64,000 bases of DNA from Candidatus Eiseniibacteriota bacterium (GTDB lineage Bacteria > Eisenbacteria > RBG-16-71-46). Under the pieces are notes generated by a model that was given only the letters and a program-made list of their open reading frames with translations, ran no database searches and was not told the origin of the DNA. Positions within the stretch are counted from its first letter, which is position 1; each line of letters opens with the position of its first letter. Positions 25,152 through 39,194 of the stretch are shown piece by piece. The stretch is from contig CAVQXP010000004.1 of NCBI GenBank assembly GCA_963717935.1, forward strand, positions 2,016,001-2,080,000. The letters run 5' to 3'. Position numbers and translations under genes: made by a program.

Positions 25152-25329
25152 GGTGGAGTTCCGGCCCGCTGACCGGGCGGGTACGTCAGTCGTCATCACG
25201 GGAAGCGGGGTGTCTCGAAGGAGGCCCGCCGCCTCCGGTTCGACGGGAAAGGCCTGTTCGAACGCAAAGGACCAGCCTGCTGAGGCGTCTTAGCGACCTC
25301 CGCGGGGGTTGGAGGAAGGAAGTCCAAGC

Positions 25330-26070
25330 ATGAGCCGTTTCATCGTCCCTCTCGGATTCACCCTGGCCCTGGCAGTCTCCGTTGCAATCTGGTGGAACCT
25401 CCCGGCCATCGGCCCGATCGGCGAGCAGATGAAGCAGGGCGGACCGCTCGTCTCGCTGCTGATCATGCTCCTCATCCTGGAGACCGCCTTCGTCATCGAG
25501 CGGATCTGGAGCCTGAAGAAGGCCCAGGGCACGGGCAGCATGCCCGAGTTCCTGAACAACGTCCGCAAGAAGCTGCACGAGGGTGACGTGGACGGCGCGA
25601 TCCAGCTGTGTGGGCAGCAGCGCGGCTCGGCGGCCAACGTCATCCGCGCAGGCCTCGAGCGCTACCAGCGCGTCCGGACCGAAGGCGCGACGCGGGAGAA
25701 GATCGTCGCCGACACGCAGGCTGCGATCCAGGAGGCCAACGGCCTCGAAGTGCCGCTCCTCGAGCGCAACCTGATCGCCCTCTCGACGATCGCGTCGATC
25801 GGGACCATGGTGGGGCTGCTCGGGACCACGGTCGGGATGATCCGGTCGTTCGCGGCGCTCGGTCACAGCGGCGCTGTCGACGCGCAGAAGCTGGCGATCG
25901 GCATCTCGGAGGCGCTCATCAACACGGCGGGCGGCCTCTTCATCGCCATCGTGGGCATCGTCATGTACAACGTCTTCGTGACGCGCGTGGACAACTTCAA
26001 CTACATGATGGACGAGGCCTCGTACGAGGCTGTCCAGCTGCTCGCCTCAGCGACGCACGAGCGGAAGTAG
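25330..26070 (+). CDS. exbB: MotA/TolQ/ExbB proton channel
   Basis: LSTIASIGTMVGLLGTTVGMIRSF, GISEALINTA.GL. Confidence 0.92.
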   Translation: MSRFIVPLGFTLALAVSVAIWWNLPAIGPIGEQMKQGGPLVSLLIMLLILETAFVIERIWSLKKAQGTGSMPEFLNNVRKKLHEGDVDGAIQLCGQQRGSAANVIRAGLERYQRVRTEGATREKIVADTQAAIQEANGLEVPLLERNLIALSTIASIGTMVGLLGTTVGMIRSFAALGHSGAVDAQKLAIGISEALINTAGGLFIAIVGIVMYNVFVTRVDNFNYMMDEASYEAVQLLASATHERK

Positions 26071-26082
26071 GGGAGCGCCGGG

Positions 26083-26574
26083 ATGCTCAAGAAGAAGCAT
26101 CGTATCGGCATCAGCATCGACATGACGCCGATGGTGGACATCGCGTTCCTCCTGCTCATCTTCTTCATGACGACGACGCAGTTCAAGCCGCCGGACCAGG
26201 ACAAGATCACCCTGCCGGAGTCGAACTCGGAGCTGAAGGTGCCGGAGACCGGGGTCATCACGATCGTCGTCACCGCGCCCAAGCCGCCGATTGACCCCGT
26301 CTCGCACGTCAAGCTCGTCTACCGGAAGGGCGGCGAGAAGGTCGAGCAGCCGGTGAACATCGACAACCTGACCGAGGACCTCACAAACTGGCTCAAGGAC
26401 GCACGTCGTGCCCAGCCCACGGCACGCATGATCATCAAGATGGACAAGGACGCGCAGTTCGGCGCCATGGCCGACATGATGGATGCCCTGCAGGCCGCCA
26501 ACGCTCCGCGCTTCAACGTCATGACGGAGCTGGGCATGAAGGGCGGCCTGATGGGCAAGAAGGAAGCCAAATGA
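26083..26574 (+). CDS. exbD: ExbD/TolR protein
   Basis: IDMTPMVDIAFLLLIFFM, with the conserved TM Asp. Confidence 0.92.
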   Translation: MLKKKHRIGISIDMTPMVDIAFLLLIFFMTTTQFKPPDQDKITLPESNSELKVPETGVITIVVTAPKPPIDPVSHVKLVYRKGGEKVEQPVNIDNLTEDLTNWLKDARRAQPTARMIIKMDKDAQFGAMADMMDALQAANAPRFNVMTELGMKGGLMGKKEAK

Positions 26575-26602
26575 TCGCGAACCCCCGAGGAGGTGAGACT
26601 CC

Positions 26603-27085
26603 ATGGGCGCTGTAGACGCCCCACAGCCGCGCGGCGGCAAGAAGAAGGGCAAGCGCGCCAAGCGCCGTGTCGGCATCCGCATCGACATGACGCCCATGGT
26701 GGACATCGCCTTCCTGCTGCTGATTTTCTTCATGGTGACCACGGTCTTCCGCACGCCCCAGGCGCTCGAGATCAACCTGCCTCCGGACAACAAGTCGACC
26801 GTGTCCGTCGCGCAGTCGAAGGTGCTCGAGGTCCGGGTCCTGCCGGACCGGGCCTTCTGGCGCAATTCGACCGACCCCTGGACTCGCTCGCCGGTCGTGG
26901 ATCTGACGACGGTCTTCGAGAAGTACAGCGCTGACGCCGCGAAGATCGTGCTCGTCAAGGTGGACCGGGAGGCGAAGTTCAACGACATGGTCCGGATCAT
27001 CGACGAGCTCGACCTCGCCAAGCTCACGCGCTTCTCGCTGCAGACCCTGAAGGCGGACGAGAGGAAGGAGGTCGAGACGCTATGA
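26603..27085 (+). CDS. exbD: ExbD/TolR protein (second copy)
   Basis: IDMTPMVDIAFLLLIFFMVTT. Confidence 0.92.
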   Translation: MGAVDAPQPRGGKKKGKRAKRRVGIRIDMTPMVDIAFLLLIFFMVTTVFRTPQALEINLPPDNKSTVSVAQSKVLEVRVLPDRAFWRNSTDPWTRSPVVDLTTVFEKYSADAAKIVLVKVDREAKFNDMVRIIDELDLAKLTRFSLQTLKADERKEVETL

Positions 27086-27813
27086 CGACCCCCGACGTTC
27101 GCGTCTCGCTCTTCGAGTTCATGCCCTACGGGGCGCCCGAGCTCAAGGAAGTCGCGAAGAAGTACATGGTCCGGGCGATCCTCGTGGCGTGCGGGGCATG
27201 GGTCACGCTGTACGCGCTGGGCATCGGCGGGCGCGTGCTGGTCGCGCGCCAGCCGAAGGAGACGAGCGTGATCGTGGTGCCGTACCGCGAGGTCACCGCG
27301 CCGCCGCCGCTCTCGAACGACACGCCCCCGCCTCAGGTGGCGGTGGCTACGGCCGTTGCCGCGCCCGCCGCGGCGATACCGGTGCCTGTGCCGGACGCCG
27401 AGGCTCCGATGGAGCAGACCATCAAGTCCCAGGAGGAGATCGCGGCGGCGACCCCCAGCATGACGACTCAGGACGAGAAGGGGGCGTCGATCATCGTCGC
27501 TCCGCAGTCCGAGGACGAGCTGCCGAAGTACGGCGAGTACGTCTACGTCGAGGAGTTGCCGGAGGCCATCACGAAGGTGACGCCTCAGTATCCGGACATC
27601 GCCCGCGAGGCGAGCGTGGACGGCACCGTGATGATCCAGGCGCTGGTGGGCAGGGACGGGCAGGTCAAGGACACTCGCATCGTCAAGTCCATCCCGATGC
27701 TCGATGCCGCGGCCGTCGCTGCGGTCCGGCAGTGGGTCTTCAAGCCGGCGCTCTCGAACAACAAGCCGGTCGCGGTGTGGGTCGCCGTGCCGATGAAGTT
27801 CACGCTGCACTAG
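27082..27813 (+). CDS. tonB: TonB family energy transducer
   Basis: YGAPELK N-terminus, TM helix, Pro/Ala-rich linker, TonB_C (PQYPDIAR...GTV...G.DG.V...LDAAAV.AV.QW.FKPA). Confidence 0.92.
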   Translation: MTTPDVRVSLFEFMPYGAPELKEVAKKYMVRAILVACGAWVTLYALGIGGRVLVARQPKETSVIVVPYREVTAPPPLSNDTPPPQVAVATAVAAPAAAIPVPVPDAEAPMEQTIKSQEEIAAATPSMTTQDEKGASIIVAPQSEDELPKYGEYVYVEELPEAITKVTPQYPDIAREASVDGTVMIQALVGRDGQVKDTRIVKSIPMLDAAAVAAVRQWVFKPALSNNKPVAVWVAVPMKFTLH

Positions 27814-27856
27814 GGTTTTCGAAGACGAGGGGCTGCGGTCGGCCCCCAGGACGCGG

Positions 27857-27890
27857 ACGGGGGGCCGATTCCCGGCCCCCCGTTTCCTTT
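27857..27890 (+). terminator. Rho-independent terminator after tonB
   Basis: Perfect 11-bp stem ACGGGGGGCCG/CGGCCCCCCGT, 5-nt loop, followed by TTCCTTT. Confidence 0.7.
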
Positions 27891-28048
27891 GCCCCGGCAG
27901 CCGGAGGAGGGCGTCCTTCCGCCCTTCTTGACGCACCCGGAGCGGTTTTGCCCGCGCCCGTGGGCGCCCGTTTGCCTTGCGGGGAAGGACTCCATACTCT
28001 TCCGTGCGTCCGCAAGCCCGTCCGTGTCACCCCCTCCGGGAGGCAAGC

Positions 28049-28817
28049 ATGGAGACGACGACGCAGCCCCTGACGGCCCCCGCTGTGCCCGAGCCTGAGC
28101 CCCGGTTGTCGGCCTGGGGCCGTTCCGTGGCGGTCTTCGCCCGGCCCGCGCAGGCATGGGCCGGACTCGAGCGCAGGGGGCAGTGGTGGTTTCCGCTGGT
28201 CCTCTGCACGCTGGTCTCCGTGCTGGGCACGGGGCTGACGTACCAGCGGGCCATCGTGCCCACCATGCTCGCCCAGTTCGACCGCCAGGTGGAGGCGGGG
28301 CAGATCCCCCCGACCGCGCTCGACCGGATCGAGCGGCAGGTGTCCGGCCCGGCAGCCCTGGCGATGAACCTCGCCTCGGTCGTCGTCGTCCTGCCCCTCA
28401 TGAGCATGGCGTTCGCCGTGCTGCCGTGGCTGGCCGCGGGTTTCATGCTCGGCCACCGCTTCCGGTATCGGGACGCCTTCGTCGTCACGGCCTGGGCGGG
28501 ACTGGTGACCATCCCGGCGCAGATCCTGACGTCCGCGCTGGCCTGGACCAACGAGACCATGACCAACCTCCACGTCGGCTTCGGCGTGCTCCTGCCGATC
28601 GAGGAACCGCCGTCCAAGCTGATGGTGGGACTGGGCACCTTCCTCGACCAGGGCATCGGACCGTTCGCCCTCTGGTACCTGGTGGTGCTGGCTCTCGGGG
28701 CCGCAGCGCTCTCCGGAGGGAAGCCGCCGGTCCGTGATTCTCGCGCTGGGTGGCATCTGGCTGGTCGTCTTCGCGATCATCTCCGTCCTGGCCGCCGTTT
28801 TCGCCCCGGGAGCCTGA
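28049..28817 (+). CDS. YIP1 family membrane protein (apparent frameshift near 3' end)
   Basis: VFARP.QAW..L....QWWFPL, five or more TM segments, PF.LWYLVVL.LG. Confidence 0.75.
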
Positions 28818-28834
28818 CCCCCGCGGGCGCTTTC

Positions 28835-28860
28835 TGCAACTCATTCGTCGCCATCCCGTA
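28835..28860 (+). promoter_or_regulatory. Putative ECF-sigma promoter upstream of tolC
   Basis: TGCAAC-N16-CGTA, close to the TGAAAC-N16-CGTA SigW-type consensus. Confidence 0.45.
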
Positions 28861-28911
28861 TAGGAGAACAGGTGCGCCCGCGTGCACGGGCGCCATCCAA
28901 GGAGGATGCGC

Positions 28912-30287
28912 ATGAGAAGTACGGGCCGGAGCATCGCCAGCCTTGCCCTGGCGGGAATCGTCTGCTTCTCGACGGGGGCCGGCGGCACAGCCGCTGCTGA
29001 CCGCCGACCGGGCGGCGCAGCTGGCGCTGGAGCACAACAGCCAGATCATCAACGCGAACGCCGGGGTCCTGGACGCCAGGAGCGGCCTCTACGGGGCGTA
29101 TTCGTCGCTCTTGCCGCCACCTCTCGGCCGACCTGACCCGCTCCGGCTCGATGACCACGAATCAGCGCGGCGTGCAGGTGTACGGCGGCCGAGTGGCCGT
29201 CCCCTCCACGACGGACGAGTACGTCGTCTACTCCACGGCACCCCCGATCGAGCGGGACCTGGTCGGTGCTGAACCTCTCGTCGCTGTCGAGTCTCTCGTC
29301 CGCCCGTTCGGGTCTGCAAGGGCGCCCAGTGGCGCCGGCTCGCGACCCGCGGGGACGTGGCGCTCGAGGCGCGGCGGCAGTTCTACGAGGTCGTCAAGGC
29401 GGCCAAGATGATGGGGGTGACCGAGAACGCGCTCCAGCTCGCGCGTGACAGACGAGCGCCGCGTACACGCGCTCTTCGAGGTGGGTTCCGTCTCGCGGAG
29501 CGACGTGCTGAAGGCGCGGTGCGGACGGCCCAGAGCCAGCTCGACTCGATCGCCGCCCGGCAGTCGGTGCTGGTCCAACGCGACCTGCTGGCCTCGTTCA
29601 TCGGCCTCGAGGAGGCGCGGTTGGGCGAGGTGGACACCGTCCTGACGGTCACGCCGCGCGAATACGACGAGTCGTCGGTGCTGCGAGAGGCCGAGGCGAA
29701 CCGGCCCGACCTGAAGGCGGCGGAGGCGGACGTGAAGGCGGCGCGTGCCGGGCTGACGGCCGCGCGGCTGAGCTGGCTGCCCTACGTGTCCGTTTCCGGC
29801 AGCGCCACGTACGACCCGGTCTCCACTTCCACCAGCACCGTCCCGGACTCGAACGGCACGCTCACCACGATCAGCGGCCGGAACGAGGCCGACCGGCAGG
29901 TCAGCGGACGGGTGGCGCTCAGCTGGGACTTCTTCGACGGGCTCGCGACGAGTTCGCGGAACGCCAGCGCCCGTGCCCGGCTGGCGCGGGCCCAGGCCGC
30001 CTACGACGTGCTGCGCCGCAACCTGGCCGGGCGAGGTGCACGAGGCGCTCCTGACGTACCAGCAGGCCCTCGGCGGCCGAGGCGGTCGCGCGCAGCGGCG
30101 TCGAATCCGCCGGCGGAGAGCATGAAGCTCACGCAGCAGAAGTACAACGTCGGGTCCGCGACCATCCTCGACCTCATCGACGCGCAGGTGCAGTTGCAGC
30201 GTGCCCAGAGCCAGTTCGTCTCGGCGCTCGCGGGGATCCGCGTCGCCGAAGCCCGGATCGACACAGGTGCGCGGCAGCGGCGTCTGA
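28912..30287 (+). CDS. TolC family outer membrane protein (several apparent frameshifts)
   Basis: A.QLALEHN, LFEVGSVS.SDVL, A.ANRPDL, LSW.FFDG, KYNVGSATILDLIDAQ. Confidence 0.85.
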
Positions 30288-30313
30288 CCGCGCGGGAAGA
30301 AGGAGTCCCTCAG

Positions 30314-31608
30314 GTGAAGAAGAAGAAGTGGTTGTGGATCGGCGTCGCCGTGGCGCTGGTCGCCGCCGTCGTGGTCGCGAACGTCGTCCGCGGCAGGGCG
30401 GGCAAGGTCGAGGCCGTGCAGCTGGCGCGCGTGCGCCTGGAAGACATCACCTCGCGGGTGCGCGCCCCGGGAAAGATCGAGGCGAAGACCCAGGTCAAGG
30501 TGAGCGCGGACATCATGGGCAAGATCGTCGTGCTGGCCGTCAAGGAGGGGGACCGCGTCCGCAAGGGGCAGCTCATGCTGCAGCTCGACGATACGCAGTA
30601 CCGCGCGTACGACGGGCAGGCACGCGCCACCGCCGCGAGCGCGCGGGCGCGTGCGCGCGAGGCGGAGCAGACCTTGAAGGGGGCCGAGGCCACGTACCGG
30701 CGGCAGCAGGCGCTGTTCGAGCAGAGGCTGCTCTCCGAGGCGGAGAAGGACCAGGCCGACAGCGCGATCCAGGCCGCCCGCAGCGCCGCGCAGGCCGCGC
30801 GGCAGGAGGTCCTCCGCGCCGACGCCACCGTCGTCGCCGCGGCCGACAACCTGCGCAAGACGCGCTTCGATCGCCCCGTTCGACGGCGTGGTGAGCGCGC
30901 TGAACGTCGAGGCGGGGGAGAACGTGATCACCGGCACCATGAACAACCCCGGCACGGAGATCCTGGTCGTCTCGGATCTCTCGCGGATGCTCGTGAAGGC
31001 CGACGTGGACGAGACGGACGTCGTGGACATGAAGCTCGGGCAGAAGGCGAAGATCACCGTGGATGCCCTGCCCGACACGTCGTTCCCCGGAACCGTCACC
31101 GAGGTCGGCAACACGGCGAAGCGCTCGCTCACCTCGGCGGTCGAAGGGCAGACCAACTTCGAGGTCAAGGTCGTCTTCGACGCGGACGTGCCCGCAGGTG
31201 CGGCCGGGGATGACGGCCGACGTCGAGATCGAGACCGGGACCCATGCGAAGGCGCTGGGCGTGCCCATCCAGGCGGTCGTCGTGCGCACCGAGCGCGAGC
31301 TCGAGCGCGCCGCCCGCAAGCCCGGCGCCCGCCCGAGGCGTCCGGCCAGCACGGCGCTGGCCGCCGAGGACGACACCGTGGGACGCAAGGACAAGGAGAT
31401 CACCGGTGTCTTCGTGGTCGGGAAGGACAACATCGCGAAGTTCGTCCCGGTCCGCACCGGGATCGCGAGCGAGTCTGCGATCGAGCTCTACGGCGCGGTC
31501 AAGGGCGGGGACGTGGTCGTGGCGGGGCCGTACAAGGCGCTGCGCGACCTCAAGCCCGGCGCCAAGGTGAAGCGCGAGAAGGCGCCCGCCGCCCGCGAGC
31601 GCAGGTAG
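30314..31608 (+). CDS. Efflux periplasmic adaptor (MFP) (apparent frameshifts)
   Basis: N-terminal [25 protein letters not shown], coiled coil, [15 protein letters not shown]. Confidence 0.88.
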
Positions 31609-31613
31609 CCGGC

Positions 31614-32309
31614 ATGCTCATCGCGATCCGCGACCTGCACCGCGTCTACCAGGTCGGTACCGAGGAGGTACACGCCCTCAACGGCGTGAGCCTCGACATC
31701 GAGCGCAACGAGTACCTCGCGATCATGGGCCCTTCGGGCTCGGGGAAGTCGACGCTCATGAACATCGTCGGCTGCCTCGACACGCCGTCCGCGGGCTCCT
31801 ACAAGCTCAACGACCGTGAGATCGGGGCGCTGTCGGACGACGAGCTCGCCGGCATCCGCAACCAGGAGATCGGGTTCGTGTTCCAGACCTTCAACCTGCT
31901 CCCCCGGGCGGACGCGCTCCACAACGTCGAGCTGCCGCTCATCTACGCCGGGTACAAGCACGAGGAGCGGCGGCGGCGCGCGAAGGAGGCGCTCGAGCTG
32001 GTCGGCCTGGGAGACCGCATGAAGCATCGGCCGAACGAGCTCTCGGGGGGGCAGCGGCAGCGCGTGGCCATCGCCCGGGCGCTGGTGAACCGTCCCAGCA
32101 TCATCCTGGCCGACGAGCCCACCGGCAACCTGGACAGCGTGACCGGCGAGGAGATCATGGCCGCGTTCGAGCGCATCTGGGAGCAGGGCAACACCGTGAT
32201 CCTCGTCACCCACGAAGCCGACATCGCCGCTCACGCGCGGCGCGTGGTGCGCATGCGTGACGGACACATCGAGAGCGACGGCCCGGCCCCCGCCCACCCT
32301 GCCCCATGA
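31614..32309 (+). CDS. ABC transporter ATP-binding protein (MacB/LolD-like)
   Basis: [43 protein letters not shown]. Confidence 0.95.
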   Translation: MLIAIRDLHRVYQVGTEEVHALNGVSLDIERNEYLAIMGPSGSGKSTLMNIVGCLDTPSAGSYKLNDREIGALSDDELAGIRNQEIGFVFQTFNLLPRADALHNVELPLIYAGYKHEERRRRAKEALELVGLGDRMKHRPNELSGGQRQRVAIARALVNRPSIILADEPTGNLDSVTGEEIMAAFERIWEQGNTVILVTHEADIAAHARRVVRMRDGHIESDGPAPAHPAP

Positions 32310-33523
32310 ACCTCCGCGAGAGCATGGGCATCGCCCTGCGGGCCCTTCGGGCGAACAAGCTCCGGTCTTTTCTGACCCTGCTGGGCACCATCATCGGGGT
32401 CGGCTCGGTCATCTTCGTGCTCTCGGTGGTCGAGGGGCTCAACCGCTACGTCTCGGAGAAGATCCTCAACGCCGGGGCGAACGTCTTCTGGATCGACAAG
32501 TACGGCCTCATCACCAGCGAGGATGCCTTCCAGGAGGCGCAGAAGCGGCCCGACATCACGCTCGACGACGCCGATGCGCTCCGGCTCACACTGCGGCACG
32601 CCCGCATGGTCGTGGCCATGGCCGACGCCACGGCTCCCGTGCGCCAGGGCAACAAGGTCGTCCGGGGCGTGGGGGTCCGGGGCCGCGGAGCGGGCTACGA
32701 CGTGGTGGATGACCTGACCATCGACCAGGGGCGCCACCTGACCGAGTTCGACGACCGCCGCCGCCAGATGGTGTGCGTCATCGGGCCGGAGATCGCCGAG
32801 GAGCTCTTCCCGGGACTGCAGGCGGTCGGGCGCATGGTCCGCGTCCGGGACTGGACCTTCGAGGTCGTGGGGGTGACGAAGGCGAAGGGCAAGTTGCTGG
32901 GCCAGTCGCAGGACCGCTTCGTGGCCATCCCGATCCACACGTTCCAGAAGTACTGGCAGGCGCGCGGAAGCTTCTACGTTTCCATCAAGAGCGTGGACCA
33001 GCCCTCGCTGCCGGTGGCGGAACAGGAGGCGCGCAACCTCATGCGCGCGCGCCACCACCTGCCGCCGGGCCGCCCGGACGACTTCGGCCTCAGCACGGCC
33101 GACACGTTCCTCGAGCTCTACCGGAACATCACCGGGGGCGTCTTCGCTCTCACGATCGGGGTGGCGGTCATCTCGCTCCTCGTGGGCGGCATCGTGATCA
33201 TGAACATCATGCTGGTCTCGGTGACCGAGCGGACGCGGGAGATCGGGGTGCGCAAGGCGCTCGGCGCACGACGCCGCGACATCCTCATGCAATTCCTCGC
33301 CGAGGCCTCGACGCTCTCGCTCGCCGGGGGGCTGGTCGGGATCGGGTCGGGCGTGGCGTTCGCCCTGCTGGTCGGTCTGGTGAGCCCCCTGCCCTCGGCC
33401 GTGAGCGTGCCGTCCCTGTTCCTGGGCCTTGCGATGTCGTGCCTGGTGGGTGTGTTCTTCGGGTCGTACCCGGCCTGGCGAGCCTCCCGTCTCGACCCCA
33501 TCGAAGCACTGCGCTACGAGTGA
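32306..33523 (+). CDS. MacB/FtsX-type ABC permease
   Basis: [47 protein letters not shown]. Confidence 0.95.
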   Translation: MNLRESMGIALRALRANKLRSFLTLLGTIIGVGSVIFVLSVVEGLNRYVSEKILNAGANVFWIDKYGLITSEDAFQEAQKRPDITLDDADALRLTLRHARMVVAMADATAPVRQGNKVVRGVGVRGRGAGYDVVDDLTIDQGRHLTEFDDRRRQMVCVIGPEIAEELFPGLQAVGRMVRVRDWTFEVVGVTKAKGKLLGQSQDRFVAIPIHTFQKYWQARGSFYVSIKSVDQPSLPVAEQEARNLMRARHHLPPGRPDDFGLSTADTFLELYRNITGGVFALTIGVAVISLLVGGIVIMNIMLVSVTERTREIGVRKALGARRRDILMQFLAEASTLSLAGGLVGIGSGVAFALLVGLVSPLPSAVSVPSLFLGLAMSCLVGVFFGSYPAWRASRLDPIEALRYE

Positions 33524-33525
33524 CC

Positions 33526-34794
33526 ATGGACCTCCCGCTGCTGTTCGAGACATTCGCCATCGCGGGCCGGGCGCTGGCCGCCAACCGCATGCGCTCGCTG
33601 CTCGCCCTCCTGGGCATCGTCATCGGCGTGGCCACGGTGATCGGGATGGCCTCGCTGGTGAACGGCTTCCAGCGCTCCTTCGAGCAGAGCATCCGCTCGA
33701 TGGGCTCCAACACGATCTACATCCGGCGCATCCGCCCCGGGGTGCGCGTCGGCGGCGACATCCCCGACAGCCTCCGCCAGCGCAGGGCGTTCACGATGGA
33801 GGACGGGCGCGCCATCCTCGACCAGGCGCCCGCCGTCCGCGCCGTCGCCCCGGTGAAGTACCCGTTCAACGGCGTGCGCATCGGCTTCCGGGACAAGCTG
33901 ACCAAGGCCACGTTCGTCTTCGGAACGAACTCTGACTACACGCTCGTCCACGGTTATGAACTCGGACGCGGCCGCTACTTCACCGCGCAGGAGATCGAAC
34001 GACGCGCCAACGTGGCGGTGCTCGGCTCCGACACGCGTGAGGCGCTCTTCGGCAACCGGGATCCGCTGGGTCACACCATCCACATGGCCGGCATCCCGTT
34101 CACCGTGATCGGCGAGTACACGCCCAAGGGGAAGCTGCTCGGGAACAACTTCGACGAGGTGGCGACCATCCCGTACACGGTGGTGGACAAGTATTTCCCC
34201 GCGCCCCTGGACGCGCCTCCCTGGTTCCCCGGCGCGGGGAGCTGTTCCTGCGACGCGATCGCCGTCTCGCCCGAGTTGAACGCCGAGGCGCAGCGCCAGA
34301 TCATGGACGTGCTGCGCATCCGGCGGAACCTGCCCAGCAACAAGCCCAACGACTTCGTGGTGATCACCGACGACGCCTTCATGACGCTCTACAACACGGT
34401 CACGGGCGGGATCGTGGCGGTGATGCTGCTCATCTCGGGCGTGTCGCTGCTGGTGGGCGGCATCGGCGTGATGAACATCATGCTGGTGGCGGTGACGGAG
34501 CGCACCCGCGAGATCGGCCTGCGCAAGGCGGTCGGGGCCCCGCGCCGCGCGATCCTCACGCAGTTCCTGGCGGAGGCGGTCGCGCTCACGGCGCTGGGGG
34601 GCGCGATCGGCGTCCTGCTGGGCGCGGCGATCGCGGTGGTCGTGAAGGCGCTCTCGCCGCTGCCGACCTTCGTGTCGCCATGGTCCGTGGTGGTCGGGCT
34701 TCTGTTCTCGGCGTCCGTGGGCGTCTTCTTCGGCCTGTATCCGGCGCTGCGCGCCTCACGGCTGGACCCGGTGGACGCCCTGCGCTACGAGTAG
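33526..34794 (+). CDS. MacB/FtsX-type ABC permease (second)
   Basis: [47 protein letters not shown]. Confidence 0.95.
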   Translation: MDLPLLFETFAIAGRALAANRMRSLLALLGIVIGVATVIGMASLVNGFQRSFEQSIRSMGSNTIYIRRIRPGVRVGGDIPDSLRQRRAFTMEDGRAILDQAPAVRAVAPVKYPFNGVRIGFRDKLTKATFVFGTNSDYTLVHGYELGRGRYFTAQEIERRANVAVLGSDTREALFGNRDPLGHTIHMAGIPFTVIGEYTPKGKLLGNNFDEVATIPYTVVDKYFPAPLDAPPWFPGAGSCSCDAIAVSPELNAEAQRQIMDVLRIRRNLPSNKPNDFVVITDDAFMTLYNTVTGGIVAVMLLISGVSLLVGGIGVMNIMLVAVTERTREIGLRKAVGAPRRAILTQFLAEAVALTALGGAIGVLLGAAIAVVVKALSPLPTFVSPWSVVVGLLFSASVGVFFGLYPALRASRLDPVDALRYE

Positions 34795-34830
34795 GCCCGC
34801 GGCGGCGGGCCGGCGTTCCCGCACGACTCC

Positions 34831-34839
34831 TGCTATATT
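34831..34839 (+). promoter_or_regulatory. Extended -10 element directly upstream of the uvrA ATG
   Basis: TGcTATATT ending 6 nt before ATG 34846; no SD sequence. Confidence 0.45.
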
Positions 34840-34845
34840 CCGGGC

Positions 34846-37764
<2,919 letters not shown>

Positions 37765-37768
<4 letters not shown>

Positions 37769-38875
37769 ATCCGACCACCACCACTCCCCGCGAGACACCG
37801 CGAACGTCCGGCGCCATTCCCACCGGCACGATGAGAGCCGTCCTCAAGACGAAGGCCGGCACCGGCGTCGAGATCCGCGAGGTGCCCATCCCCGTGGCGG
37901 GACCGGGGCAACTGCTCCTCCGGGTGCTGCGCGCCGGCATCTGCGGCACCGACCTGCACATCTTCGAGTGGGACGCCTGGAGCCAGAACCGCATCCGTCC
38001 CCCCGTCACGATCGGGCACGAGTTCGTGGGTGAGATCATCGCCCTGGGTCCGGGGGTCACGGAGTTCCAGCTCGGCGAGCGGGTCTCGTTCGAGAGCCAC
38101 ATCGTCTGCGGGCACTGCACCGCGTGCCGCACCGGGAACGCGCACGTCTGCCAGAACACCCGGATCCTCGGGGTGGACGTGGACGGCGGCTTCGCGGAGT
38201 ACGCGGTCGCACCGGCGGTCAATGCCTGGCGTGCACCCGGCGAACGTGCCGCTCGAGGTGCAGAGCATCATGGAGCCGCTCGGCAACGCGGTGCACACGG
38301 CCTTCTCCGGAGACCTTTCCGCCTGCCGCATCGCCGTGACCGGCTGCGGCCCCATCGGGCTCTTCGCGATCGGCGTGGCGCGCGCGGCGGGCGCCTGCCA
38401 GGTGATCGCCAGCGACGTCTCGCCTTACCGGCTGGACCTCGCGCGCAAGATGAGAGCCGACGCCGTCATCGACGTGTCGAAGGAGGACTTCGTCCAGCGC
38501 GTGACGGAGCTCACGGACGGCCGCGGGCTGGACGGCGTGCTGGAGATGTCCGGCAACGCGAAGGCCATCCGCGACGGTCTCGCGGCGCTCCGCAACGGCG
38601 GGCGGCTCTCGCTGCTGGGGCTGCCGCGTGAGGAGTTCGGCCTGGACTGGAACAAGCTGCTCGTCTTCAAGGGAGTGACGATCCACGGCATCGCCGGGCG
38701 GCGCATGTACGAGAGCTGGTACCAGATGGACAACCTGCTGCGCACCGGCAGCCTCGACGTGCGGCCCGCCATCTCGCACGTGATGCCCATGGAGAGGGTG
38801 ACCGAAGGCATCGAGTTGCTGCGTTCCGGCAATGCCGGCAAGATCGTGCTCATCCCCTGGGGGCAGGAGGCGTAG
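37765..38875 (+). CDS. tdh: L-threonine 3-dehydrogenase (one apparent frameshift near 38230; start may be 37831)
   Basis: [18 protein letters not shown]...GHEF, C..C..C......C Zn site, [30 protein letters not shown]. Confidence 0.92.
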
Positions 38876-39133
38876 CTTCGGGGGACGTCCGCCGCCAGCC
38901 TGAAGGCGCACGCGCGGGCCGTCATCCGGCGACGGTGAACGGGACCACGGTCGCTCGCTCGGCGCCGGCGGGGATCTGCTCCGGTCGCAGGCACACCGCG
39001 AGCGCGCCTCACCCGGAGACCGGGCGTGCCCCGCTGGCATCGGACGGCGGCTTGGAACGGCTCCGCCAGCTTGCGAGCGCCTGGCGTCGATCAGCCGTGG
39101 GGCATCGCGCCGCGGCGTCCGACGGCGTGCTCC

Positions 39134-39162
39134 TTGACCGTCTCGGGGCCCTTCGGTACCTT
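39134..39162 (+). promoter_or_regulatory. Putative sigma70 promoter for the gcv operon
   Basis: TTGACC-N17-TACCTT, followed by AAGGAG RBS and ATG 39195. Confidence 0.55.
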
Positions 39163-39194
39163 GCAAATGTCCGCTCATCCGCAAGGAGATAGTC

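Noticed and set aside
25152..25329. c-di-GMP-I riboswitch-like words (GAAA, ACGCAAAG) before exbB
   Set aside because: The GGCAAAC/GYAAAC junction and the expected paired stems are not found; at most a small hairpin.
38876..39194. Glycine riboswitch upstream of gcvT
   Set aside because: No recognisable tandem aptamer motifs, and the putative promoter lies only about 30 nt before the start codon.
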